This document shows, in pieces, positions 12,515 through 25,761 of a stretch of 64,000 bases of DNA. The notes under the pieces are model-generated. The model did not search any database and was not told the origin of the DNA. It worked only from the letters and a program-made list of their open reading frames with translations. Position numbers and translations under genes: made by a program. The DNA lies in the NCBI RefSeq assembly GCF_006345805.1, contig NC_043010.1, positions 56,792,001 through 56,856,000 of the forward strand. Direction: 5' to 3'. Every line of letters starts with the position of its first letter. Positions within the stretch are counted from its first letter, which is position 1. Origin of the DNA: Octopus sinensis (taxonomy: Eukaryota).

Positions 12515-15500
12515 CATCATCATCATCGTCATCACCGTTTAACGTCTGCTTTACATGCTAACATGGGTTGGACGATTTGACTGAGGAATGGCGAACCTGA
12601 TGGCTGCACCAGTCTCCAATCTGATCTGGCAGTGTTTCTACAGCTGGATGCCCTTCTTAATGCCAACCACTCCAAGAGTATAGTGGGTGCTTTTACATGC
12701 CACCAGCACAAGGGCCAGTCAGGCGGTACTGGCAATGGCCACACTCAAATGGTGTTTTTTACGTGCCACCTGCACAGGAGCCAGTCCAGCAGCACTGGCA
12801 ATTACCTCACTTGAATGTTTTTTCATGTGCCACCGGCACAGAAGCCAGTCAGCTGCTCTGGCAATGATCACACTCGGATGGTGCTCTCAGTGCTCCACTA
12901 GTACAGATGCCAGTCATTGAATTTGATTTCAATTTCGATTTCACTTGCTTCAACAGGTCTTCGCAAGCAGAGTTTAGTTTCCAGTGAAGGAAAGGTATGC
13001 ATAAGTGGGCTGGTTACACCCCTGGCATAGGCCACTAGTTATGGTCTCACTTGGTTTGCCGGGTCTTCTCAAGCACAGCATATTTCCAAAGGTCTGGTCA
13101 CTAGTCATTGGCTCAGTGAGGCCTAATGTTCGAAGGTCATGCTTCACCACCTCATCCCAGGTCTTCCTGGGCCTATCTCTTCCACAGGTTTCTTTAACTG
13201 CTGGGTTGTGGCACTTTTTTCACACAGCTATCCTCATCCATTCTTGTCACATGACCATACCAGCGCAGTCGTCTCTCTTGCACACCACATCTGATGCTTC
13301 TTAGGTCCAACTTTTCTCTCAAGGTACTTACACTCTGTCGAGTATGCATACTGACATTACACATCCATCGGATCATACTGGCTTCATTCTTATTAACTTA
13401 CGCATGTCCTCAGCAGTCACAGTCCATGTTTCACTGCCATGTAGCATGGCTGTTCATACACATGCGTCATACAGTCTACCTGTTACTCTGAGCGAGAGGC
13501 CCTTTGTCGCCAGCAGAGATAAGAGCTCTCTGAACTTTGCCTAAGCTATTCTTATTCTAGCAGCTACATTTTCAGCACCCCCCCTCACTACTGACTTGGT
13601 CACCAAGGTAACGGAAGCTATCAACTACTTCTAGTTTTTACCCCTGGAAAATGATGGAAGTTGTTCTCTGCACATTTTCAGTGTTTATTGCTCCTGAGCA
13701 CCTGCCACATACAAAAACTAGATTCCCAGTTAGCCTTCCCTTGACATTGCTGCACCTCTTATGTGTCCATAGCTTACACTGGGTACATCTTATAGAGTTT
13801 CTACCTATGCTTTTTCTACAGATCGAGCAGGGCCATCTACCTGAAGGGATTTGTGGTTTGTCTACCTTCCTACTTATTAGGCCTTTGGTTTTAGCTAGGT
13901 TGACTCTAAGGCCTTTCGATTCTAATCCTAGCTTCCACTCCTGAAACTTCTCCTCTAGTTCTGATAGTGACTCAGGAATTAGAGCAAGGTCGTCAGCATA
14001 GAGGAGCTCCCAGGGGCATCCTGTCTTGAATTCCTCTGTTATTGCCTGGAGGACTATGATAAATAGGAGGGGGCTGAGGACTGTACCTTGCTGGACCCTT
14101 ACCTCTACCCAGAATTTTTCATCGTACTTGTTGCCAACCCTCACCTTACTGACAGAGTCCTTGTACATGGTTTGCACAGCTCTCACTAACCATTCATCTA
14201 TCCCTAGTTTCCTCATTGACCACCAAATAAGGGATCAGGGGACCCTGTCGAAGGCTTTCTCCATGTCAACGAAAGCCAGGTGCAGAGGTTTATCTTTGGC
14301 TGGGTATTTCTCCTGCAGCTGTCTTACCAGAAATATAGCATCAGTGGTGCTTTTCCCTGGCATGAACCCAAACTGCATCTCATCTAAACTGACTCTCTCC
14401 CTAAGTAGTTGGGCTATGACCCTCTCCGTGACCTTCATTACCTGATCCAACAACTTGATATCTCTGTAATTATTTGTATCTAAAGCGTCACCTTTAGCTT
14501 TGTAGCAGTTGACTATGGTGCTGCTACACCAGTCATTGGGTATGACTCCTTCATATATCCCCTGGTTAACTATACAGGTGACCAGGCTATAGCCAACACT
14601 GCCAGATATTTTGAGCATCTCTGCAGTGATTCCTGATGGGTCTGAGGCTTTCCTTGTCTTCATACTGTTAATTGCTTTATCTACCAAGCTACAGTCAATT
14701 TGCATAGCTGGTCCCTCTGTTGGGTCAACATTCAGCAGACTCCCTTTCTCCCTTTCATTTTCTTTATTCAGCAACCTTTCATAGTGGCATCTCCAAACCT
14801 CTCTCTTTGCAACCTTGTTTAGTGCAAGTGAACCATCATCCATGCAGACACATTTCTCTCCTATGTCATCACGATTCTCTCTCACACACTGTCAATTTGG
14901 CTAGCGTGTCTGCCAGAATGGTAGGTGACTAGATGATTGGCAGGTTTCCTGAAGATGGTATTGCAAACCATAGGATATTTGCATCGCAGAACTCTAGCAG
15001 TCTGGTTCCCTCATCATTGCGGGAACCAAAACCATAGCCTCTATGTACGCCATGGAAGCCCCCTGCATGTTGTCCAACATGTCGATTGAAGTCACCAGCC
15101 ACAAAGAAAAGGTCCCTGTCATTCGTCAACGAGGTAGTCTGCAAGAGGGTGTCATCAAATCAATCTTTCTGTCCATCAGGTAGCCCCGGTTGAGGGGCAT
15201 AGACCGAGATAATGGTTGCTAACCCATGATGAAGCACTAATCAAATCTTAATTATTCTGTCACATACTTTAACTACCTTGATTACCTTATCAACCCATTT
15301 CTCCACAAGAAGTATACCTATGCCTCCGACCCCATCACTGTTCCCTGTCCAGAAAATCTTGTAACCTGTGTTCTTTGCCTGAGGAGCCTAGCAGAACCTC
15401 CCCTCCACCTTACTTCTTGGAGGCAACACTAATCTACACGTCTCCGTTCAAGCATCTCAACAATCTCACCAGACTTACCGTTCAGTGTGTCTACGTTGAG

Positions 15501-15645
15501 TGAGCCAACTCTGAGGGTGTGGGATGTGTGGGCCTGTGAGACCCTGGGATGGGGGACAGCAGTGTCATGTACCTGAAAAGAAAGCTCACATTTGACAGAA
15601 TTCATAAACAAACAATAGCCTTGAACCTGCATACACTACAGCATC
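12515..15645 (-). mobile_element. Near full-length RTE-clade LINE (APE endonuclease + RT + PHD-like finger), pseudogenised, with internal deletion
   Basis: LRVGSLNV, FVAGDFNRHVG and GFGSRNDEGTRLLEFC (endonuclease); QFGFMPGKSTTDAIF, AFVDMEKAFDRVP, LSPLLF and LYADDLAL (RT); RRLRWYGHVTRM; 3' UTR and (GAT)n tail at ~12515. Confidence 0.95.
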
Positions 15646-15965
15646 ATTTTTATGCACTATATGATCGATAAACCCTAGGTAATAGTGGGGATGTCGTTAA
15701 GCCTTTAGAAGTGTTCATGGGAGACAACCAAAGGATGACAGGATAGGAACTTCTGGTACAGGTGGAGTGGGTGGGAGGGCTGGCGTACTGTGAGCTGGCA
15801 AATTTAGACGAGAGCATCTTCTGGATTTGTATTCTTTCTGGGTAGTTATTAAAAATCGAGTAGGGGAATCCGAGTGCGTGCACTAGTTTATATAGGTTGG
15901 TGGTAGTGGAAGAGGGGGGGAAGTATTGGCGAATCAAGTGGTAAATTGAAATATATATATATATC

Positions 15966-16170
15966 AGAACGCCATGATAGACTGTTAGCTCCTACATGCA
16001 TTTTTTTCTCTCCTTGTTTCTTTTCTGTTTATCTTTCTGTCGAAGAGCGTAGGCTCGAAACGTAAAAGACTTGTTCTATTTCTATTCCTGAGTGCCATAC
16101 TAATACATTTGTTTGTTTGTACTCCACCTGCCTTCATCTTTTGTTTATTTTCATAAACCTTCCCATTATA
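15966..16170 (+). mobile_element. Penelope-like terminal repeat fragment
   Basis: Contains a minimal hammerhead motif and lies between (TA)n tracts. Confidence 0.6.
16032..16069 (+). ncRNA. Minimal type I hammerhead motif (one core substitution)
   Basis: TCTTT-CTGTCGA-A-GAGC-gtag-GCTC-GAAA-CGTA-AAAGA: stem I TCTTT/AAAGA, stem II GAGC/GCTC, palindromic ACGT stem III, GTA triplet. Core reads CTGTCGA rather than CTGANGA. Confidence 0.65.
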
Positions 16171-16824
16171 TATATATATATATATACACACACACCACAC
16201 ACACACACACACACATGTATAAACCATTTTTCTATGTATTTAGTGTTGCTGTAAATTTGGACAGTACATTTATTTATTTACCACATATTTAAGAAATTAG
16301 TTGTTATGTTATACTCCTTTGCAAAGTTTCAGACATCTTTACCTCAGTATGTTTGACTGACGAAAGGTTTCAAAGTTGAGTGGTTAGGAAGAAAATAGCT
16401 TCAATGAAAAGGACTCCTTTCAGTGCCAGCATGGGAAGTTAATGTAAGCAATGACAGAACTCGGATGATGAACATCAGAGTGAGGAAAATTGAAATTGTC
16501 AAATCCATACAGTGTGTAGATAACATATTGTGGTGATAGTGGTGGTGGAAGGCCAGGATCTGTGACTTTGGTTGTCTTAGAATAGTGAACTTATGTTCAG
16601 TTTGACCATGTGTAAGTCAACAGCTGAGCTAGGAATGAATTGTACACAATTAGGTTTGAGCAAGGTGGTAAGTGCAAAGTGTAAGTGCGGGTAGTGTTAA
16701 GAGGAAGAAACAGGTTGAGGATGGTATACAACTAATTTGTTGAGGGTAAATAGCAATGGAATAGCCAGAAATTATAGTATGTATTCTCTGGCCCTGAGAT
16801 GCAATTTTTATTGTCTTGTGTCTT

Positions 16825-16825
<1 letters not shown>

Positions 16826-16856
<31 letters not shown>

Positions 16857-17540
16857 TGTGTACAGTGCTCAGGTGCACTACAACTCATCTAAAGTGTATA
16901 TATAATCAGGTGTAGTTTCGGCGGATTTCGGAAAGCATGAGGACCTTAAAAGATGCAGTGTCATGGCAGTCAACAACTGACGCAGGCAGTTTATTCCATG
17001 CTTCAGCAACTCTGAGCGTGAAAAAATGTTTCCGAAAGTCATGGGAGCTGTATTGTTTTCTGACTTTGTAGGCATGTCCACGTGTGATAGACACATGGAG
17101 ATCAAAAAGGTGTTCAGTGTTGTTGTTGGTGAGGTGGTTGATAACTTTGTGGGTGTTTACCAAGTCCGTCGCCAAACGCCGGAGCTTCAGTGAATCCATG
17201 CCCAGGGAAACAAGGCGCTCAGAATATGGTAGGTGTCTGATGGAGGGTATGCGTTTGGTTGCACGTCTCTGGACAGATTCCAGGAGGTCAATGTTCTGTG
17301 CAAGATAGGGGTTCCAAACTGATGATGCGAATTCCAAGTGTGGTCGTACCATAGCTGTATACAGTTTTAAATAGATGGCTGGAGAGCGGCTAACAAAAGA
17401 CCTGCTGAGTGATGCCAAGACACCCTCGGCCTTCCTGACAATCTTAGAGATATGCTTTGACCAACGCAAATCACTGCTGACAGTGATGCCTAGGTCACGC
17501 TCGCAAGAGGATTTCTTGATATCAGTGTGGGTGAGCAAGA
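16826..17540 (-). mobile_element. CR1 LINE 3' fragment with (ATT)n tail, young
   Basis: Uninterrupted 210-aa ORF: ERDLGITVSSDLRWSKH...LYTAMVRPHLEFASSVWNPY...LESVQRRATK...TRGHAYK...FFTLRVAEAWNKLP; (AAT)n on the + strand at 16826-16856. Confidence 0.92.
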
Positions 17541-17579
17541 GAGATCAGCAGAAATTGTGAAGAGTGGAAGGGGTAACGT

Positions 17580-20060
17580 ACAAGATTTTTTTCTTTTTTC
17601 TGAGCACACAGTGGGATGTTAAGCATGATAGTATATGTAGAGAAATTTTACAGATCATTAATGGACACAAAGACTTGCTTACTTACTTTACTTAAAAGCA
17701 AGTAAGAATAATTTAGTTAAAGCTATTCATAGAGAAAGCAACAGAAATTCTTACCTTCATACACCACAAATAGGGCTGGTCGATGATTGAAAGACTGCTT
17801 TTATGAGGCCCTCAACATCTCATGATGGTGACCTGATTATCAACGCTGCAGATTTAAATAATAATTTTGGCATGATGGATTCTCGGACATACACTAAGGT
17901 TATGATAGAAAGAATGAAAATGGCTCACAACACCTGTGATGGAAATGACTGAACTGTTTTGCAATTCAAATTTCAGGAAACTGTTCAGTCACCGAATCAC
18001 TTACTAATCAGGTTAATACACAAGACTGTTTATTTTATTAGGAAACAGAAGAGACAGATAGTTGTAAATGTTAAGAGTTTTCTTAGTGAAGTGTGTATCC
18101 CAGCATAAGTTAGTATTAATGATTTCAGAATAAGAACTAGATTAACTAGAAAACTACAAAGTGTTTGCAGAAGGAAGATATGAAAGCTTTGAACAGTTTG
18201 AGGTTTAGTGAAGTTGGTGGAATATATGAAAAAAGAGGAGCAACTAGAAATGTACAAGATGGCAAAAAACTGGAAGTTTGAGATCTAGATTAGAGGATGG
18301 TGCAAGATCCCAGATTGATGGAAGGTAATGTGTTGGTAAATTAATTATGCAGATCCATAAAAGCCAAGAGAAAGTGGGCAGCAGAAAGCAATAGCAAGTA
18401 GCTAGATGTCAAGTATATTTAGGTAGAAGTAAAACAGAAAGTAAGAGGTGTGCAATGTGTTGTGAAGTGAGAATCTGCAAGTCAGTATGCTACGGAAGAT
18501 CTAGGTTTGTCTGTGGGTTTGTTTCAAATGATAACGACTTACCTGCTTTTACTGATACTGAAAGCAAAGAGGTATGGAAGTGTTATAAGAGGTTACTAAA
18601 TATGGAGAATGCATGGGAATGGTAGGGCCTACTCCAAGTTGACCCTAGAGAGGGACTGACCATTGAAGTTGATAATGTGGTAGAGCAATCAAGGGTTTGA
18701 AGGCTGGGAAGGTAGCAGGGCCATTAGGTTGAGTCATGTGCATAGTTAATCAGGTAGTATAGTGTAAGGTATCATAGCCTGCTGTACTATCATTAACAGT
18801 ATTATCATCAGCTGCCAAAAGGGTAAAGAAGATGCGCTATAGAGAGGAAAGTACAGATGTATCAAGTTGATGGACTAGGCTATGAGAGTTTCTGAAAGAA
18901 TTCTGGCACAACTGATAAGGAACAGAATTAGCTCAGATGTGATGCTGTTCAGATTTATGCAAAGAAAAGATTCCTAGTTATATAACTGTAGGAGGAATAC
19001 TTAGCTAGGAGTAAGCTGCTGTACTTCACTTTCATTAGACTGGAGAACAATTTTGGTAAGGCTTGTAACCTAGTGTTAGCTAAATTAACCGGGAGTAAGG
19101 AGGACTTGTGAGAGAGAAATAAGCTATGTAAAGTATGATTCTACAATGAGTTCAGTGACAAGTTCAGTATGAAAATAGAGGTCTACCAGTATCAAATCCT
19201 CAGCCCTCTTATGTTTGTTATCATCCTCCAGGTTCTAATATTGCTCTCTATGGGAACTCATCATATGCTGATGACCTTGTACTTATGGCTGAATTGGTAA
19301 AACATTTGGAAAAGAAATTCCAGAAAATGGTAGCAAATCCTGGAATTAAGAGACCTCAAAGTAAACTTAGCAAAGACTAAAGTTTTAGTAAAGAAGAAAA
19401 AAGGCAAGACACTAGTACCATGAAGAAAAAGTGCATACTTGGGTGCACAAGTGAGGTAGTAGAATCAGTGTCAAGTAGCTGAGAAGGTAGACTTTATGTG
19501 GATGATGCACAAGTGCAGCAAGCACAACAAACACAAATAAAATAGATTCGCTTAAATAGCCACCTGGCTATATGTAGTTAATAGCTTTTGTTAGGTAGAT
19601 GTAATTAGCAGTGTAGGTGGGTGTTCTGAAAGTATAGCATCAAAGTAGGAATTTGTTAGAAGAGGCTGAGGGAGCTGTTATCTTTATTGGTAACAAAGAG
19701 CTTTCCCCCCTGTATAGAAGGCAGGTTGTTTGATATTTGTATATGAACTGCAGTGCTGCAATGAGCACTGAGTGTAGAGGATATGTGAAAACTAGACAGA
19801 AATGAAGCAAGTATGGTCTGCTGGATGTGTACATGAGTGACAGCAGCAGAAATGGCTGTAAGGAAAATAAGACACAGTATGCAGAAGAGAATACTGCACT
19901 GGTAATGGCATGTGCTATGTATGGAGGGATGACTTGCATAAAGCTATGCAGGGCACTCAAAGTGGATAGAGCCTGTGGAAGACATTGGATGAAGTGTTGA
20001 AGTCTGACCTCAAAATGATGTAGCTCACAAATATGTATGACAAAGCATGAGCCCTGAAGG
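17580..20060 (+). mobile_element. Old, heavily degraded RTE LINE
   Basis: Remnants LSPLMFVIILQ (~19200-19232), YADDL (19264-19278) and LKVNLAKTK, collinear with the 12515-15645 element; boundaries approximate. Confidence 0.7.
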
Positions 20061-20879
20061 TTTATATATATAGATATCTTTGTAATCCATCCCTCTTGTG
20101 TCTCTGTCTTTAATCCCCTTCCTCTGTGTACCTTCTCATCTCTACCATGGTCTCTATCTCTAGCATAAACCTTTATCATTCATCTCTTTCATTCTCACCT
20201 TCTTCTCCCATTGCCTCCTTCCTATTCACTGCACCACTCCATATCCATGTAATGAGGAATGGTATTAGACCTGTGTGTATTCTACCACTGTTCTATCTCT
20301 TTCTATAATCAAGATCCCTTATATATAAGGGATACCATCAAATCTGTGTGTATCTAATATACCTTACATCCATCCTTTCTGTGTCAGTCATCACTCTTGT
20401 TACTGACCAATCATTACTAACAGCATCATTTTCACCATTGCTCATCTCTATTATCATCCATCATTGTTTCCTCTTTCTGTCTCTCTTTTTAGAAAAAAAA
20501 ACAAAAACATAGCTGCCCTTATTTTCTCTTGTTTGTTACTCTCTCCCTGCCATCCTTGCTACTTGAAACTTCTGTCCCACCCCTTCCACTACACTGATGT
20601 CCCAATCTGTTTCTCCCATCATACCCTTGCTCCCATTTATCCCTGGTTATCACTCTTTCCTTTTCACCATCCCTCTTGCTCACATGGAATTCAATGAACA
20701 GAGACACCATAGACTGGTAAGCACTCTTCAACTTGGTGGAGTGCAAGACTAACTCAGATTTGTTGGTGTCTTCATCAAATACATCATATAAATTGGTTGG
20801 TGAAGACACATTGGATTGGGAAGACACTTTAGTCTAAGGCAAAGATACAATCATATCAAGTATTCTAGATAAATGTTAC

Positions 20880-21510
20880 CACTGCAGCCGGTTAGGATTT
20901 GGGTGTCCAGCTGTAGAAACTATGTCAAAAATGGAATGTATGAGTGAGACATGATTCCCCAGCCTATCTATGAGGGTAGGAGCTCTGAATAAGAACTATC
21001 ATAAACTATGATGACCTCTCTAATCCATGTCAGCATGGAGAGCAGATGTTAAATGGTGGTGATGATATTGTGTGTGTATGACATGGTTATGTGATTGAGA
21101 AGATCACTTCCCAATGGGGTATTTTCAGGTTCAGTCCCACTGTGTAGAACTGTGTCTTGTATTATAGCCGTACACTTTCTAAAACCTTGTGAGTGGATTT
21201 AGAAGATGTGTCTATATGCATTTTGTGATGTGTGAGCAGGTTTATATTTCATGCTTCTTCATGTTCACTGGTTGTAAACAAACAAACATACACACACATA
21301 CATGTGTGTGTGTGTGTGTGTATAGCACATAAAAAGCATCCACTGTAAGTAAAGTGGTTGGCATTTGGGAGGATATCTAATTATAAAAACCATGCCAAAA
21401 CAGACACCAAAATCTCGTGCAGTCTTCTGCCTAGCCATCTCCTGTCAAACTATCCAACTCATGCCAACATGGAAAGCAGATGTTAAATGATGATGTTGAT
21501 GATGATATAT
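20880..21510 (+). mobile_element. Cluster of degraded RTE tails (~20880-21066, ~21320-21505) and a CORE-type SINE head (~21075-21250)
   Basis: catggagagcagatgttaaatg(gat) tails; ggttcagtcccactg...ccttgtgagtggattt SINE segment. Confidence 0.65.
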
Positions 21511-22918
21511 ATAATAATAACAAGAACTTTTGGATGGAAATTCATAAATACTTTAATGTATTGCTATGTATGTTTCCACATAGCTCATGTTTTTTGTGGT
21601 TGCATTCCCCATCCATAGGACATTACAAATATGATTTGCAATATCCATGGAATTTAAGGGGAGCCATAATTACGTGTTTATTTCTTCAGGCAAAAACTGC
21701 ATCAGTGTTCTGCTTGTATCGAATGTTAAGCTAAGGGATATTTATCAATTTACACCAATTAGAAGGTTCTGTGAGGGTTATGGGCAGTTTCTGTGAAAAA
21801 CTTTGACTTATATAGATAGATATAAAAAAGCCGTACAGCAAGGAGGATATAAGTAGCATTTTAGTTTATATCTAGATTTATGCAAGTAGGCATGTGTGGA
21901 TAGGAAGAAGAAAAGAGAAAGAAGATAAATAAGAGGAGAAAGAAAAGAAGATGGTAATGAATATATTTGTTTTGATTTCAGTGTATATGTGCTGTGATGG
22001 GGTTAGTGTTGAGTGTTTGATTTAGCCTCAACCTTGGCAGGGTGCTACATTAACGATTTTACAAGTTGTAAGGACAAGGGAGCAAATTTTTGTTGCTCAG
22101 TTCCGGTCAAGGCAGAGAATGAGATGGCCTTGCTATTGTTAAGTATTTCACATGGCCTCCTGCTGCTCTGTCAAATGTTGTTCCATAAAGGGGTGAGTGA
22201 TTTGTTAGTGATGCTACTATACATTCATTGATGGTGTTAGTTTTCTGTAGAGCCAGTCTAATCATCTGGCATTAATTTTCTTGTATGCTCAATTATATAA
22301 TAACAAGCACTTACAGTATTATGCACATGGTTTATGCTGAAGACCTTGATATATAAGGTCTCTTGTTTACTTCATTTGGTAGAGGTCCTTCCATTGTTTG
22401 GTTTAATGCTAATGATATTTAGTGTTTGTGTCTTTATAATGCTTTGTTCCAATCCTAGGAAGGATTTTAAAATTTTATATCCACAAGATACAACCACTTT
22501 GGAGTGTCTATTAACCTTCTGATAGGTGTAAATTGGTAAACATCCTTAGCTTAACATTTAATACAATCAGAACACTGATGCAATTTTTGCCTGAAGAAAC
22601 AAACATGGAATAATGGCTCCCCTTAAAATCCATGGATATTGCTAATCATATTTGTAATGTCCTATGGATAGGGAATGCAGCCACAAAAACATGTGCTTTG
22701 TGAAAATGTATGTAGCAATACATTAAAGTATTTATGAATTTCCATCCAAATATTCTTGTTATTACTATATTTGTCCGACACTATAGCAGCACCAGGTTAG
22801 TAATCATCCCATACAATTATTCTGGAAGATGGGAATAATAAACGGGAGCCAGAGATAATAGCATAGGATCTTTTTATGAGTGCACTCAAAAGTATTTCCC
22901 ATAAATGAACTTAAAGAA

Positions 22919-23275
22919 TCATCATCATCATCATCATCATCATCATTGTTTAATGTCTGCCTTTCATGCTGGCATGGGTTGGACGCTTTGACAGGAGCCA
23001 ACCAGGCAGAAGACCACCCTAGGCTACAGAGTCTATTTTGTCAGGGTTTTTATTGCTGGATGCCCTTCCTAACAGCAACCACTCAGCAGAGTGGACTCAG
23101 TGCTTTTTATGTGGCACCAGTACAGGTGAGGTCAGTTTTGGGATGGTTTTTACTGCTGGATACCCTTCCAGATGCCAAACACTTTGCAGTGTGGACTGGA
23201 TGCTTTTTGCATGGTGCCAGCACTAGCAGGATCTCCAAGTAACTTGCAAGACAAAGGATTTTGAGAGGAGAGGGA
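22919..23275 (-). mobile_element. RTE 3' tail fragment
   Basis: (CAT)n followed by gtttaatgtctgcctttcatgctggcatgggttggacg and gctggatgcccttcctaa. Confidence 0.8.
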
Positions 23276-23924
23276 GCATCCTTCCATCACTTCTCTAACT
23301 ATAGCATTGTACAGTTACTGTAATTATATGAGAACTACATATTTCATCCCCTTTTTGAGCTATCAGTTATCCATTATGAACCCCACTAGAATTTTTCATG
23401 ATTTGGGTCAAAAGTGGTGTTAGATTTCTTCAGTTGGGGCTGACGTTTTCTTACTTATATGAAATTGTTTGACTTTTGATACAGGAAATTGTTTACTTCC
23501 CCAAAAAATCAAAAATCAAAAACTCATAACCCTTATGTGTACTGCCACTTGTCACCTCTTTCCTGAGCGGCTCCTATTTCTTTCACTTTCTGCCTACCCA
23601 CACTGATATTCAACATTGACCATACCTTCACCTTTGTTTATCATTCATTACATTCACTTCTACCCTCCCCTCTAACCATTTGTCACTCTTCTCTTACACC
23701 CTAGCAAACTTATCCACCCACTCTTTCCAATCCTTTCTCCACATTCTCTCTTCTATTCACCAGCTTCTATGTCCCTACCATCATTGACTTATTTCCAGCT
23801 ATTCCCACCCACCTTTATGTAATGCCAGATAACTCTACTGCAAGACACTGCTCATGCCCCACTTTTCTATTTTAGCCTCTTAGCACCTGGCATAAATCCA
23901 CCTCCTTCTCCACTACTCCTCCCA

Positions 23925-24310
23925 CCTCACTCAGTCAATGGACTTGTCTTGTGAGCTATTTGGCACCCAGTACCCTCTGTAAAGTAGTTGGTATTAGGAA
24001 GGGCATCCAACTGTAGAAACCATGTCAAAGCAGACATTGGAGCCTGATGCAGTCCTCTGGTGCATTGGATCCTGTGTGCACATGTGCATGGATGTATTTG
24101 TGTCTCCTGATAGATACAATCAAGTATCACTGTTATACTAGCAGTGCCATTTCTTTCTGATCCTTGATGAAAATGGAGAATTATTTCCTTGTTTGGAAAC
24201 AGGTGAGAATTGGTGACAGGACTGACATCTGACTCTACAAAATATGCAGAGAATTCATTCTAACCCATGCAAGCATGGGAAAGTGGATGTTATAATAGTG
24301 ATCATCATAT
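23925..24310 (+). mobile_element. Degraded RTE-tail / SINE composite
   Basis: aggaagggcatccaactgtagaaacc and aacccatgcaagcatgggaaagtggatgtta motifs. Confidence 0.6.
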
Positions 24311-25435
24311 ACACCATGGGGATGTATACAATGAATGATTGTGTGTGTGTATATATATATATATGCACGTATGTGCATGTATGCATGTGTCTGTGAATGT
24401 TGTATATATATATATATATGTGTGTGTGTGTTTATGCAAACATCATAACTTGAGGACCTTAGGGGCATCTCAGGCTCTCAACGTGGTTACTTCTTCACAT
24501 GTCTAAGCCCATCAGGTCAGCTTGTTTGTGCTGGGGTAGACAGTGGCCTTTTGCACTGTGTCAGCACATGTTATCCTCCAATCATCACACATGTAGTGTT
24601 ACCTCATGTATGTTCCCAAAGGGAAAGTATTGAACTGGCAAGGTTAGCATGTCACACACTGTGGCTGATGAGTCTTTGAATCTTTGTTGTTATCTATGGT
24701 TGGCCAGCAATGGATTGTGAAGCATGTTTATGTAACACTGCTCTAACAAGGATTTGTTTTAGACAGCTGTTAGGGAAGGCAAAGAAGTTGTGTTTGATCT
24801 TTCTGTTCAGTTCAGAGTTTCACATTGTGGGCATGTAGTGCAACGACAGTCTCCTGCTCCATTTCTACTATTGACAGCTCATTATGATGATGAACATAAA
24901 TGCTCTGTGTGTGTGTGTCCTTGTCTTAACATAGTGTAATTGTTGTAAATGAATTTTTGATTCCATTTGTCATTGAAAGTGCAGAGATATAAGATGGTAT
25001 GTTAACTGAGAATGTCAGAAACATCACCATTTTTGTTCTCCCTGCTTTTCATTCAGTGATGTGGAATATAAACAGACATGCACACATGTGTGCACATGTG
25101 TGCACATGCACACACATCTGAGTGCCAATGATATTAATAAATTTATAGAATATGGAATAAATACCTGTTTTGATAATATAAAAATAAAAATGACGTGAGC
25201 AATTATTGATAATAACTAACTGATGTATTCTTGTTCATCAAATAGTTTACAGTTGAAGATGGTTAGTTTGTTTTCTGTGACCAGCACTGTTGTGTGTCCT
25301 GATCCCATCATTTTAGCTGTAACAAGGCACTACTATGCAGCAGAATAGTTCACTGCTGTAAGCAGTGGCAGCACTGTAATATTTATCAGTGTTTCATTTT
25401 CAAACATGACCATTCATTTTTCAACTAAATGAGTA

Positions 25436-25761
25436 ACTCTTTTACTTGTTTCAGTCATTTGACTGTGGCCATACTGGAGCACTGCTTTTAGTCAAGCAAA
25501 TTGACCCCAGGACTTATTCTTTGTAAACCTAGTACTTATTCTATCGGTCTCTTTTGCCGAACCGCTAAGTTATGGGGTTGTAAACACACACACACATACG
25601 ACGGGCTTCTTTCAGTTTCCATCTACCAAATTCACTCACAAGGCTTTGGTCAGCTCGAGGCTGTAGTAGAAGACACTTGCCAAAGGTGCCACGCAGTGGG
25701 ATTAAACCCGGAACCATGTGGTTTGTAAGCAAGTTACTTACCACACAGCCACTGCTATGCC
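25436..25761 (-). mobile_element. tRNA-derived CORE-type SINE (resembles octopus OR-type SINEs)
   Basis: A-box tggctgtgtggt, B-box ggtttaatcc, CORE-like ggcacctttggcaagtgtc, internal (GT)n and gtaaaaga tail; matches 43233-43636. Confidence 0.8.

Noticed and set aside
15565-15590. Minus-strand tttcttttCAG|GTAC acceptor-like site at the RTE 5' end
   Set aside because: It lies within an open reading frame with an upstream in-frame ATG, and nothing shows it is used for splicing.
20314-20333. Perfect 20-bp palindrome ATCCCTTATATATAAGGGAT
   Set aside because: Centred on a self-complementary TA run, single copy, and no supporting context.
24450-24900. Faint similarity to a LINE endonuclease relic (also 46070-46300 and 43740-44100)
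   Set aside because: Too degraded to assign by eye; needs a profile search.
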